NCBI GenBank assembly: GCA_051453625.1
Contig: JBOZIK010000001.1
Span: forward strand, 41,956,466 to 41,992,688
Length of the DNA: 36,223 nucleotides
Direction: 5' to 3'
Origin: Welwitschia mirabilis
Taxonomy: Eukaryota
Part shown: positions 1-11,937 of the stretch, piece after piece
How the letters are laid out: each line of letters opens with the position of its first letter
Numbering within the stretch: the stretch's first letter is position 1
Position numbers and translations under genes: made by a program
The notes under the pieces: generated by a model
Databases searched by the model: none
Seen by the model: the letters and a program-made list of their open reading frames with translations, nothing else
Told to the model about the DNA's origin: nothing

Positions 1-223
1 TTTTCTTAAGATATTGAGATATTTGTTTTTCAAATGTTTAAGTATTTAGTCAAAGGAAGAGAAATGTTTGTATTTTACTCTTTGCTTAAATATATATATG
101 TCTCGATGTAAGGGGGAGTTTTGATTTTTAAATGTGTGCTTAAAAGTGTTTAGTAAATGAGCTTAAATTGTTTAAATTTTTAAAATCACTTATTTTTTTG
201 CCATCAATGTCAAAGAGGGGTAT
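1..223 (+). mobile_element. 3' internal end of a Sirevirus (SIRE) copia element with multiple polypurine tracts
   Basis: PPT-like motifs TGTAAGGGGGAG (~107-118) and ATGTCAAAGAGGGGTAT (~207-223) lie directly before the LTR. The region is collinear with 35500-35644. Confidence 0.8.
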
Positions 224-2831
224 TATTAGATTATATTTGTCATTTGATATCAAACTAATTTCTCTTGTGTAGTGCAAATTATGACATCTTGTGTGTAGAT
301 GAGATTGAGTTTTTATAGGTGAAAGAATTGGATTAAAATGCACTAGAAAAACAGCTAAGTTATGTTAATCTCTAATTGGGGTTGATCGGATCCTAAAGGG
401 ATCAACCGCACTTGAAGCAGTCACAAGAAAAATGAACTGAACCCAGAGGGATAGACCAAATTTGGATGAGGTCGACCAAACCTATAACCTGAAGAACCAG
501 TATCNNNNNNNNNNNNNNNNNNNNNNNNNNNNNNNNNNNNNNNNNNNNNNNNNNNNNNNNNNNNNNNNNNNNNNNNNNNNNNNNNNNNNNNNNNNNNNNN
601 NNNNCAAACTAATTTCTCTTGTGTAGTGCAAATTATTACATCTTTTATGTAGATGAGATTGAGTTTTTATAGGTGAAAGAATTAGATCAAAATGCACCAG
701 AAAGACATTTAAGTTATGTTAATCTCTAATTAGGGTTAACCGGATCCTAAAGGGTTCAACCGCACTTGAAGCAGTCACAAGAAAAATGAACTAAACCCAG
801 AGGGATAGACCAAATTCGGATGAGGTTGACCGAACGTATAACCTGAAGAATCAATATCCCTGGACTGAATGGCAAGTAGTCTATCAGATTTTTATGGCAT
901 TAACTAGATTTAAGGACCTGATAGATAATAGTTTCAGATATAGAGACGAGGGATCGACTGGACCCAGGATGGGAGCAATCGGACTGGAGACGACCGAATC
1001 AAATGGGGTTGATCGAACTTGAAGATGTAAAAACCTGGGGTAATTGAAGTCAACCAAATTTTTATGGAGTCAACTAGATGACATGGAAAAGAAATTTATT
1101 TAAATGTTATGTATCTGTTTCCTAGCCATTTCTAGCTGTTTATATCCATTAAAGTATAATTTATTTGTAATNNNNNNNNNNNNNNNNNNNNNNNNNNNNN
1201 NNNNNNNNNNNNNNNNNNNNNNNNNNNNNNNNNNNNNNNNNNNNNNNNNNNNNNNNNNNNNNNNNNNNNNNGACATGGAAAGAAATTTATTTAAATGTTA
1301 TGTATCTGTTTCCTAACCGTTTCTAGCCGTTTATAGCCATTAAAGTATAATTTATTTGTAATAAACCCTAATAGCCTTCCATTATAAATAGCTAGGCAAT
1401 AGAAGACCTAGAGACCTTTTTTGACACTATTTAAATTTGGCATAATCATTGTGAATCTGAAAGATCAAGTTGTATTTTCATTGGCATATCATTGTATTGC
1501 TTCACATTTGATTGAGGAGATCTATCTTTGGCAAAATAGCTTCACTCAGAATNNNNNNNNNNNNNNNNNNNNNNNNNNNNNNNNNNNNNNNNNNNNNNNN
1601 NNNNNNNNNNNNNNNNNNNNNNNNNNNNNNNNNNNNNNNNNNNNNNNNNNNNNNNNNNNNNNNNNNNNNNNNNNNNNNNNNNNNNNNNNNNNNNNNNNNN
1701 NNNNNNNNNNNNNNNNNNNNNNNNNNNNNNNNNNNNNNNNNNNNNNNNNNNNNNNNNNNNNNNNNNNNNNNNNNNNNNNNNNNNNNNNNNNNNNNNNNNN
1801 NNNNNNNNNNNNNNNNNNNNNNNNNNNNNNNNNNNNNNNNNNNNNNNNNNNNNNNNNNNNNNNNNNNNNNNNNNNNNNNNNNNNNNNNNNNNNNNNNNNN
1901 NNNNNNNNNNNNNNNNNNNNNNNNNNNNNNNNNNNNNNNNNNNNNNNNNNNNNNNNNNNNNNNNNNNNNNNNNNNNNNNNNNNNNNNNNNNNNNNNNNNN
2001 NNNNNNNNNNNNNNNNNNNNNNNNNNNNNNNNNNNNNNNNNNNNNNNNNNNNNNNNNNNNNNNNNNNNNNNNNNNNNNNNNNNNNNNNNNNNNNNNNNNN
2101 NNNNNNNNNNNNNNNNNNNNNNNNNNNNNNNNNNNNNNNNNNNNNNNNNNNNNNNNNNNNNNNNNNNNNNNNNNNNNNNNNNNNNNNNNNNNNNNNNNNN
2201 NNNNNNNNNNNNNNNNNNNNNNNNNNNNNNNNNNNNNNNNNNNNNNNNNNNNNNNNNNNNNNNNNNNNNNNNNNNNNNNNNNNNNNNNNNNNNNNNNNNN
2301 NNNNNNNNNNNNNNNNNNNNNNNNNNNNNNNNNNNNNNNNNNNNNNNNNNNNNNNNNNNNNNNNNNNNNNNNNNNNNNNNNNATTAATCAAGGCATCATC
2401 GCATCACATCCATTGCTTCCAGAGAGCCTACAAAAGTCCGTTATTAAGGTTGAGACTTAGCCTATAAAAGTCCATTGTTAAGGTTGAGACTTAGCTTATA
2501 AAAGTTCATTTGTAAGGGTTATAGGTGAACCTAGTAAAACCTATGGAGTAACAGAGATCTGAGATAAATCTTGAGAGAAGCTGATCATCAAGAGTGAAGT
2601 AGGGAAGTTCCTAAAACACTATANNNNNNNNNNTCTGCATGCATCAAAATTGGTAGTTTATCTTTTTTTGTCTTTTTGATTCTTTACTTTCAGTTTCCCA
2701 TTTCTGTATGCACATTATTGATTTTATTATTTTTACATGCAAACTATGATTAGATAGTTTTAATTTGTTTTGAGCATGCATTTTTAAAAGAATCTATTTA
2801 CCCCCCATCTCTAGGATTCTTGATCTTATCA
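224..2831 (+). mobile_element. Sirevirus 3' LTR (gapped; length inflated by gap-flanking duplications)
   Basis: Starts TATTAGATTAT (decayed TGTTGGATTAT; cf. 24756, 35645). Contains repeated GGTCGAC/GATCG motifs and TATAAATAG at ~1383. Ends CTATTTACCCCCCATCTCTAGG...TATCA, the conserved Sirevirus C-rich LTR end. Confidence 0.85.
2432..2507 (+). repeat. ~34-bp tandem repeat inside the Sirevirus LTR
   Basis: AAAAGTCCGTTATTAAGGTTGAGACTTAGCCTAT / AAAAGTCCATTGTTAAGGTTGAGACTTAGCTTAT / AAAAGTTC. The same repeat occurs in the solo LTR at ~25637-25700. Confidence 0.75.
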
Positions 2832-4342
2832 GAAGCAAGCTCCATGAGAATAATATAGCAAATAGACTTCTACTTTCTTACTAATTAATTTGAAAGAAGT
2901 AAGAATGAATCCAATCTTTATTTGAAGAGACATGATAAAAATGAACTTCTCATTATTTGCCTTTATGTGGATGATATGATTTATATGGATTCTTCTTATT
3001 CTGTCNNNNNNNNNNNNNNNNNNNNNNNNNNNNNNNNNNNNNNNNNNNNNNNNNNNNNNNNNNNNNNNNNNNNNNNNNNNNNNNNNNNNNNNNNNNNNNN
3101 NNNNNCTTTACTTTCAGTTTCCATTTCTGTATGCACTTCTTGATTTTATTATTTTTACATGAAAACTATAATTAGATAGTTTTAATTTATTTTGAGCATG
3201 CGTTTTTGAAAGAATCTATTTACCCCCCATCTCTAGGATTCTCGATCCTATTAGAAGCAAGCTCCACGAGAATAATATAGCAAAATAGACTTCTACTTTC
3301 TTGCTAATTAATTTGAAAGAAGTAAGAATGAACCCAATCTTTATTTACAAAGGCATGATAAAAATGAACTTCTCATTATTTACCTTTATGGGGATGATAT
3401 GATTTATATGGATTCTTCTTATTCTCTCATTAATGAACTCAAAGTTTGCATGAAGGAAAAGTTTGAAATGTCAGATTTAGGTATGCTGCACTATTTTCTT
3501 GGGCTTTAAGTAAAGCAAGTTAAATATGGAATCTTTGTATCGAAAAGAAAATATGCCACTAATTTACTTAAAAGGTTTAACATGTTGAATTACAAAATTA
3601 CAGCTACACCTATGAATTTGAATGAGAATTTATAGGTTAATGATGGTACTGAATAAGCAAATGCAGGACATTTCAAAAGTTTGGTTGAAGGCTTAATCTG
3701 TTTGAGTCATACGCGACCTAATATTAGTTTCTTAGTTGGAATTATTTCTAGATTTATGCATTTTCCTTTAAAGCATCATCTTGGAGCTCCAAGAAGAGTG
3801 TTACAATATATTGTTGAAATAATTGATTTTGGGCTATGGTATGGTCATGTTTCAGAGTTCAAGTTGTTTGGTTACACTAATAGAGATTGGGCCAGATGTT
3901 TGGAGGATAGAAGGAGCACTTCGAGTTATGTTTTCAATCTAGGATCATCTACCATATGTTGGAACCCAAAGAAGCAAGCAAAAACAACCTTATCTTCATT
4001 TGAGGCTGAAGATGTAGTTGCACCTTCATCAGCATGTCAAGAAATCTGGTTGAGACAAATTCTTGTAAACATTAGTCAAGAATAAAAGGAAGCAACTGAA
4101 ATTTATTATCACAATAAAGTAGTAATTGCAATGATAAGAAATCCATCCTATCATGGAAGAACAAAGGATATTGACATTCAAGTTCATTTCATTTAAGATC
4201 TTGTATCTAATGAATTAGTCATTTTGAAGTATTGTAATACAAATGAGCAGGTTGCTGATATTCTAATAAAATCACTTTCTCAAAACAAGCATGACTACTT
4301 CAGGTTCCATCTTAGTATTTGCAACTTTAAATAAATAGGGAG
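2832..4342 (+). pseudogene. Ty1/copia reverse transcriptase-RNase H remnant (Ivana-like), interrupted at its 5' side by the Sirevirus LTR
   Basis: KQAP directly after the LTR end, then IICLYVDDMIY, FEMSDLG..HYFLG, TRPNISF, DWARCLEDRRSTSSY and HGRTKDIDI. Many stops and frameshifts. PPT ATAGGGAG at ~4335-4342. Confidence 0.9.
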
Positions 4343-4653
4343 TGTTAGAGAATGATTCAAATTTGATAGCTATTCTATCAACTATTTGACCAAGTCTTTT
4401 CAAGGATGTTATGAGTTCCTTTATTTTCTATTTTCTATTCTTAGGTCATGTCTAAGTTAGTGCCGATAATTTTTGCCTTTATTGAGTTAGTTTANNNNNN
4501 NNNNNNNNNNNNTTAAAAGCATGTTTAGTACTTCAATAATCACTAGAAATACAAAGAAATTTTTAGCTTGTAAGTCCTCTTATTTTCTACTCTTTTTTTT
4601 TGTAATTATTAGTCCTCTATTCTTCTCTCTTTTGTTTAGTACTCTTCCCATCA
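4343..4653 (+). mobile_element. 3' LTR of the plus-strand copia
   Basis: TGTTAG follows the PPT; ~310 bp; ends TTCCCATCA. The partner LTR is not in the window. Confidence 0.6.
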
Positions 4654-4888
4654 TTGAAGGCCCTAGAGACAAGTATCACCATTAGCAAGTATAAAGCTTG
4701 CAGGTCTAGTGTAGTAAGAGTTTGCATAGTATGGATAGTGGATCTTTTGTCTTCACTCTCTAGAGGCACTATACTCGAATTACTATCTCGTCATTATTGT
4801 CGTTGCTTACTTTGTATTATTTTTGATGGCCTCTTATGGAGACTTAATTAATCTTTTCTATGTTAAAAAGAAGAGGAGGAGGGTATCA

Positions 4889-5154
4889 CCAAGTAAATGT
4901 TAGTACAGTTGACACCACCACCTTATTATAATAATATACGTACTAGGGCTTACTATGTCCACTGATCCAAGTCAGCTTCATCACAGTAGATGAAGAGTCT
5001 ACACTTGAAAGATGGCCATATAAGGGTGCCTTTGGATTCTTAAATCTCAATGTTTCTGAATTTGCAAGGATGTAAGAAAAGTCTGAGTCACCAGGAAAGA
5101 ACATAATTCTGGTATTAGTTCTAATATTTACTACACCTATAGATATGCTTCCAC
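4889..5154 (-). pseudogene. Purple acid phosphatase / nucleotide pyrophosphatase (PAP27/NPP-type) N-terminal fragment, distal part
   Basis: Translates GSISIGVVNIRTNTRIMFFPGDSDFSYILANSETLRFKNPKAPLYGHLSSVDSSSTVMKLTWISGHSKP*YVYY..VSTVLTFT, matching the NIRTD..FF.GG..NP.APLYGHLSS.DS...M.LTW.SG signature. Confidence 0.85.
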
Positions 5155-5458
5155 TAATAAAAAGAAAGGTAGATATTTCAATAACGAATTTTGTCAAACA
5201 CAAGAAAGGCTAAATTATACTTAGAACAGAGTGTAAATGGCTGGAAGTGATCATTTTATTAAGTTAAGCAACCAATTTATATACACCAGGCATAACAAAC
5301 TTAGCTAAAATAAAGGAACCCAATATTAAAGAGATAAAATCAAATCCTAATAGAAAATCAACCACTATCAGCTTGAACCACAAGAATAGGAGCAAGCTCA
5401 CTAACTTATTGACTCTGTCAAACATAAGTAAAAGATATTTTTGCATTAATTTCAAACA
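5155..5458 (-). repeat. 3' LTR of the Ivana-like element
   Basis: Direct repeat of 11221-11521 (about 21 substitutions and 2 indels by manual alignment). Preceded on the minus strand by PPT TAAGGGGGAGTA (5459-5470). Confidence 0.95.
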
Positions 5459-5470
5459 TACTCCCCCTTA

Positions 5471-7010
5471 ATGCAGAAATCTAATAACACCTAGCAACTC
5501 TCTTAAACATATAGACTTTTTTGGTGGAAGTGGCTTTGTGAAGATGTCATCCACTTGTTTACTTGTGCTGCAATGAACCACCTTAATGCTTCCTTTTTCT
5601 ACAAGCTCTTAGATGAAATGATGTCTAGTTTCAATGTGTCGTGTGTAGCTATAAAATACTAGATACTTTATCATTGCAATGGTGGAGTGATTATCACACA
5701 AAATAGTTATAGCCTCTCTTTGGAATTACTTCATGTCTTTCAAAACTCTCCTTAGCCATATACCTTGACAAGCAGCTGAAGTAACAACCATATATTCAGC
5801 CTCTAAAAATTATAAAGCAGTAGATGGTTTCTTCTTTGAACTCCATGACATATCACCAGAACCAATAGTAAAAGCATATCCTATAGTGCTCCTTCCATCA
5901 TCAATTGAACATACCCTATCACCATCANNNNNNNNNNNNNNNNNNNNNNNNNNNNNNNNNNNNNNNNNNNNNNNNNNNNNNNNNNNNNNNNNNNNNNNNN
6001 NNNNNNNNNNNNNNNNNNNNNNNNNNNNNNNNNNNNNNNNNNNNNNNNNNNNNNNNNNNNNNNNNNNNNNNNNNNNNNNNNNNNNNNNNNNNNNNNNNNN
6101 NNNNNNNNNNNNNNNNNNNNNNNNNNNNNNNNNNNNNNNNNNNNNNNNNNNNNNNNNNNNNNNNNNNNNNNNNNNNNNNNNNNNNNNNNNNNNNNNNNNN
6201 NNNNNNNNNNNNNNNNNNNNNNNNNNNNNNNNNNNNNNNNNNNNNNNNNNNNNNNNNNNNNNNNNNNNNNNNNNNNNNNNNNNNNNNNNNNNNNNNNNNN
6301 NNNNAATAAAATAACTCGTTAGCCCCAAACTAGTCATCTTAAATTCATACATCATAAAGTTTTTAAATTCATTCATCATCATAAGACTATTACCAGTGTA
6401 AATGAGATCATCAACATAAAGACATACCACCAGTACTTGATCACCTTTAGACTTCACATAGAGTGTGAACTTACTTGAACTTATTTAAAATACAAAAATG
6501 TCAAAGAAGCCATTAATTCTTTCATATCAGGCCTGTGGAGCTTGCTTCAATCCATACAGTGCTTTATTCAGCTTTTACAACTTGTCTTCATGACCTGTCA
6601 CTTCATACCATTTTGGTTGCTGTGCACATAAACTTCCTCATCCAAAATACCATTCAAAAAGGCTAACTTTACATCAAACTGATAAACTTTCCAATTATGT
6701 TGAGCAGCTATAGCTAAAGTAGTTCAAATAGTATCAAACGTTGAGAGTGGAGCAAACGTTTCATCAAAATCTACTCCCTCACGTTGCGTATATTCCCTGA
6801 CAACGAGCCTTGCATTGTACTTCTGAACAGAAACATCTAGCTTGTGCTTGATCTTGTACATCCATTTTAGTCCTTCTACCTCTTTGTTGTTAGGGAGATC
6901 AACTAGCTCCCATGTCTTATTTCTCTTCAAGGCCTTCATTTCTTCATCCATGGCATCATACCATTCTGTCCTCTCTATAGCTTCTTCAAAAGAGATTGGT
7001 TCTTTCACTT
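5471..7010 (-). pseudogene. Copia reverse transcriptase and RNase H (degenerate, contains an N gap)
   Basis: EPISFEEA..W.DAMDEEMKAL.RNKTWELV, YNARLV, DFDETFAP, VCLYVDDLIYTG, RSTIGY and SWSSKK. Confidence 0.9.
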
Positions 7011-8313
7011 TTGCAATCTGACATCTCTCTATTCCTGCATAAAATTCCTACAAGGATTTCCATTTTTTAAATGGGGTCTCTGATGAAGAAGAGGTGGGAG
7101 ATGATGGTAAATTACTTCTAGGAGTGGAGGGACTAGAGCTTTCATTGCTTTTTTCAAGTGGAGAGATAACCATTTCATCATCATCATCATGTAGAAAATT
7201 GAGATGTTGCTGCATTTTATTCCAATTCCAAGCATTCTTTTCATCAAACACTACATCACAACTGATCAGTAACTTCTTGGTACAAGGATTATAAAATCTA
7301 TAACCTTTAGTTTCAGCACTATACCCCACAAAAACACACTTCATACTAATTTCATCAAGCGTAGTTCTTTTTTGTGAAAAAATAAGAACATAAGCAAGAG
7401 AATCAAAAACCTTAAAATGAGTTACATTAGGCTTCCACCCATGCCAAGCTTCAAAGGGCGTTTGATGCCGCAAAGTGACTGTGGGGCTCTGATTGAGAAT
7501 GTAGGCTGTCGTATGGACTGCTTCTGCCCAGAAAGTTTTGGGAAGCCCTTTAGCTTTAATCATGCTTTTAGCCATCTCTACAAGATTCCTATTCTTTCTT
7601 TCTACCACTCCATTCTACTAAGGAGTGAAGCTAGCTATAACTTGGATGCCAAACTCTTCAAAAAAACTGTCAAACTCTTTAGAAACAAACTCACCACCAT
7701 GATCTATCCATAGAATCTTCATAGGCTGATCACTTTGCTTTTCCATAAAAGCTTGAATTTCTTGAAGAAAGGCAAGGCATCTGATTTTTCTTTAGCAAAA
7801 TACACCCAAGTCATCCTACTAAAACCATCAATAAATACAATAAAGTACCTGCTGTTATTAAGAGACAAAGTTTGCATAGGTTCACAAACATTGACATGTA
7901 TCAGCTTAGTAGGATTAGCTATTCTTTTTGCCTTGCCTTGAGGAAAAGAATCCCGATATTGTTTTCCTGCTACACAGCTCCACACACATCATTAGTTGGC
8001 TTAATCATAGGCAGACCATGCACCAACTTCTGCTCATTCAAGAAACTTAACCTTTTAAAGTTCAAATGCTCATATCTATGAGGCCATAATGAGTTGTCAT
8101 CACATATTATGGCTTTTAATTCAAACTTCTCATCAAGGCTTAAAGGAAAACATCTATTTTTAGCAATTGGAACTTTAACTAAAAGATTATTCTTAGACTT
8201 ATCTTTGTAAACATAACAAGTTAAATCTTCAAAGATAAGTGAGTAATCCTCTAATAAAAATTGACCCAAACTCAACAAATTTGAATCCAAATCTGACACA
8301 TATAAAACATTGG
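7011..8313 (-). pseudogene. Copia GAG-pre-integrase and integrase, copy A
   Basis: NLLSLGQ, LW.HRYEHLNF, LIHVNVCEPM, ERKNRNLVEMAKSM, FWAEAVHT and KCVFVGYS..KGYRFYNP. Confidence 0.9.
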
Positions 8314-8413
8314 NNNNNNNNNNNNNNNNNNNNNNNNNNNNNNNNNNNNNNNNNNNNNNNNNNNNNNNNNNNNNNNNNNNNNNNNNNNNNNNNNNNNNNN
8401 NNNNNNNNNNNNN

Positions 8414-10072
8414 GAGCAACTATAGCTAAAATAGTTCAAATAGTATCAAACTTTGAGACTAGAGCAAATGTTTCATCAAAATCTAATCCCTTATGCTGCA
8501 TGTATACCCCGATAACCAACCTTGCCTTGTACTTTTGAATAGAAACATTTTTCTTGTGCTTGATCTTGTAGATCAATTTTAGTCCAACTACCTCTTTGTT
8601 GTTAGGTAGATCAACTAGCTCCCATGTCTTACTTTTCTTTAAGGCCTTCATTTCTTTATTCATGGCATCATACCATTCTATCCTCTCTATAGCTTCTTCA
8701 AAAAATATTATTTCTTCCACTTTTATAATTTGGAATTTCTCTGTTATTGCATAAATTTCCTACAAGGATCTCCACTTTTTAGGTAGGGTATCTAATGAAG
8801 AGGAGCTAGGAGATGATGGTAAATTATTACAAGGAGTGAAGGATGAACTAGAAGATGATGGTAAATTACTTCTAGGAGTGGAGGGATTGGAGTTTTCATT
8901 GCTTTATGTAAGCAGAGAGGTAACTAGATCATCATCATCATGTAGAAAATTGGAATGTTTCTACATTTTATTCCAATTCCAAGCATTTTTTCCATCAAAC
9001 ACTACATCATGGCTGATTAGTAACTTCTTGGTATAAGGATTATAAAATCTATAAACTTTTGTTTCAACAATATACCCCATAAAAATACACTTCATACCAT
9101 TTTCATCAAGATTAGTTATTTTTTGTGAAAGAATAAGAATATAAGCAAGAGAACTAAAAACCTTAAAATGATTTACCTTAGGCTTCCATCAATGCTAAGA
9201 TTCAAAAATGGTTTAATGCTATAAAGTAACTGTGAGGCTCCGATTAAGAATGTGGGCTATTGTATAAACTGCTTTTGCTCAAAAAGTTTTAAGAAGCCCT
9301 TTAGATTTGATCATGCTTTTAGCAATCTCCACAAGACTTCTATTCTTTCTTTCTGCCACTCCATTCTACTGAGAAGTGAAGCTAGCTATAAGTTATCTTT
9401 GGATGCTAAACTCTTCATAAAAACTATTAAATCTTTTAGAAACAAACTCACCACCATGATCTGTCCGTAGAATCTTTATAGGCTGACCACTTTGCTTTTT
9501 TACTAAAGCTTTAAATTTCTTGAAGATAGGTAATGCATTTGATTTTTATTTAGCAAAATACACCCAAGTCATCCTACTAAAATCATAAAGAAATATAATA
9601 AAGTACCTACTATTTTTAAGAAATAAATTTCACATAGGCCTGTAAACATCAGCATGTATCAGCTCAGTAGGATTAGCTATCTTTTTTTTCTTACCTTTAG
9701 GTAAAGGATTCCAATGTTGTTTTCCTATTACATAGCTCTCACACACATCATTAGTTGGCTTAATCATAGGTAGACCATGCATCAACTTCTTTTCATTCAA
9801 GAGACTCAACATTTTAAAGCTTAAATGCTTATATGTACGATGCCATAATGAGTTGTCATCACATATTGTGGTTTTTAATGTAGAATTCTTATCAAGGATC
9901 AAAGGAAAACATCTATTTTTAGCCATTGGAACTTTAACTAAAAGATGCTTCTTAGACTTATCTTTGTAGACATAATAGGTTAAATCTTCAAAGATAAGTG
10001 AATATTCCTCTAGTAAAAATTGACCCACACTCAACAAATTTGAATTCAAATCTGGCAGATATAAAAGATTGG
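8414..10072 (-). pseudogene. Second, diverged copy of the pre-integrase/integrase/RT-start segment (copy B)
   Basis: Collinear with 6702-8313 on the other side of the 100-N gap at 8314-8413. Confidence 0.85.
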
Positions 10073-11189
10073 CAATGCAATTCATTCCACCACTATCTAA
10101 CTAAATTGTACCTTTTCCTTGAGCCTCACGAACAGTTCCATCTCCCATTATCACTTGGCTAGTCATTGACTCATCTAGGCTGATGAACAAGTTAAGCTTC
10201 CCTATCATATGATTGTTGCATCCACTATCCACATACCACACATCTGGAGCACTCTCTTTTGTTGAATAACAAGTGAGAAGTAGGCTTTCGGTGTCGTCCT
10301 CTTCCTCTTCTTGAGAAAACTTGGCTTACTTTTCTTTGAGCCAACAAAACCTTTCTATGTGGCCATTCTTCTTACAGTAAAAGCATTGCTTAGAGTTTAA
10401 ACTTTCACTCCTTAGTTGCTGGTTGTTGCTTTGAGTGTGATCTTGGCCTCTACCTCCTCTTGCACCATGAGAGAATTGACCTCCTGTGCCTCGATTAGAG
10501 CCACCTATGCCACTTGACTCTCTAGATTGGTCGTTGGACAACTACATCTTGCTTTAAAAAGCATTCTCAATTGAGGAGTTATCATATCGCTTAATCTTGT
10601 CTTCATGAGAATAAAGAGAGCCAAGAACTTCATCAATAGTTAGTGTGCTTAAATTTTTTGACTCTTCTATGGCAACCACCACATAATCATATTTCTTAGG
10701 CAAGATTCTAAGAATTTTCTCAATCACTTTTTGATCAGATAAATTCTCACCGTATTTTTTGATTTGATTCACAATCTCCATCATTTTGCAAAAATAATCT
10801 TCCAAAGAATTAGAATCTTTCATGAACATACCTTCAAAGCTTCTTCGGAGAGTTTGAAGCTTAATACCCATTACCTTAGCATTACCTTGATAGCCTTTCT
10901 GCAATGCCTCCCAAGCCTCCTTTGATTTTGTGGCTGCTGCAATGAGTGGAAAGATTGCTTCATCGATAGCTTGCTGGATGAAGAACAATGCCTTTGCATC
11001 TTTCTTGCGCACCTCACATAAAGCTTCCACGGACTGGCTGTCTTTGGTATAGCCGTTCTCCACCAAATCCCACACATCTTGGGACATAAACAACGTTTCC
11101 ATCTTTATGCTCCAAATATCATAGCCGCTACCTTTGAAGGCTGGAATTGTAGGTAGCATTGGATTCACACCAACATTGTTGCTGGTCAT
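10073..11189 (-). pseudogene. Copia gag (UBN2-type capsid, CCHC zinc knuckle) and aspartic protease
   Basis: MTSNNVGVNPMLPTIPAFKGSGYDIWSIKM..SQDVWDLVENGY, KLQTLRRSFE, VVAIEESK, CFYCKKNGHIERFC and WYVDSGCNNHM. Premature stops at 10554 and 10326. Confidence 0.92.
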
Positions 11190-11206
11190 GTTTGCTTGAA
11201 CCTGAA

Positions 11207-11218
11207 GCTCCGATACCA
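11207..11218 (-). promoter_or_regulatory. Primer binding site (tRNA-iMet)
   Basis: Minus strand reads TGGTATCGGAGC, one mismatch to TGGTATCAGAGC, 2 nt from the LTR. Confidence 0.9.
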
Positions 11219-11220
11219 GT

Positions 11221-11521
11221 TGATAAAAAGGAAGGCAAATATTTCAATAAGGAATTTTGTCAAACACAAAAAAGGCTAAAGTATACTTAGAACAAAGTGT
11301 AAATGGCTGGAAGTGATCATTTTATTAAGTGGAGCAACCAATTTATATACCACCATGCATAACAAACTTAGCTAAAATAAAGGAACCCAACAGTAAAGAA
11401 ATAGAATCAAATCCTAACAGAAAATCAACCACTATCAGCTTGAACCCCAGGAATAGGAGCAAGCTAACTTATTGACTCTGTCAAACATAAGTAAAGGATA
11501 TTTCTGCATTAATTTCCAACA
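11221..11521 (-). repeat. 5' LTR of the Ivana-like element
   Basis: TG...CA termini; direct repeat of 5155-5458. Confidence 0.95.
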
Positions 11522-11791
11522 TCGACCACAGGTTGACCATAAGCACCGTCTTCCTATGTATCGCTGACATTATCTCTTCTGGCATTTTAAATTCCCTGGA
11601 CCAACAAACATAAATTGGAACTTAAGTGGGTACTGACATAAAAGAGGAAGACCTGATAAATCTCCCGTTTCAATATACATTTTTCGACACTAGGACGAGT
11701 ATGAGCCACTGGGGGTCTGCGGCAATAAAAGGGCAATCCAATTACTCGCAAGAGGATTCATTATACCCGACACAGTGATATTTAGTTCGTT
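11522..11791 (-). pseudogene. Purple acid phosphatase / NPP N-terminal fragment, proximal part
   Basis: Manual translation: NELNITVSGIMNPLASNWIALLLP...*CRKMYIETGDLSGLPLLCQYPLKFQFMFVGPGNLKCQKR*CQRYIGRRCLWSTCG. This matches the TVSG..P...W...TGD...LPLLC.YP.K signature and joins 4889-5154 in frame once the copia and one TSD copy are removed. Confidence 0.85.
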
Positions 11792-11937
11792 GATGAGCTC
11801 CTTCCTCTTGTTTTCTAATTTGGTAAATGTTCAAGGTCTGTTATGCAACAAGCAGTGTCTGCATCTCCAGGGAGTGCTGGATACTTATATTCTGGGTTTT
11901 ACCTTCGCAGGAAAAACGTCGATGTAAAAAATGGCTG

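Larger units (their letters stand above)
5155..11521 (-). mobile_element. Full-length degenerate Ty1/copia LTR retrotransposon (Ivana-like)
   Basis: Paired ~300-bp LTRs, tRNA-iMet PBS, PPT, domain order gag-PR-INT-RT-RH, and TSD TCCAC (5150-5154) / TCGAC (11522-11526). Confidence 0.95.

Noticed and set aside
251-859. Tandem duplication in the LTR (251-504 vs 605-859; also 1080-1171 vs 1272-1361)
   Set aside because: Each pair flanks an exactly 100-N gap, so they are probably unmerged contig overlaps.
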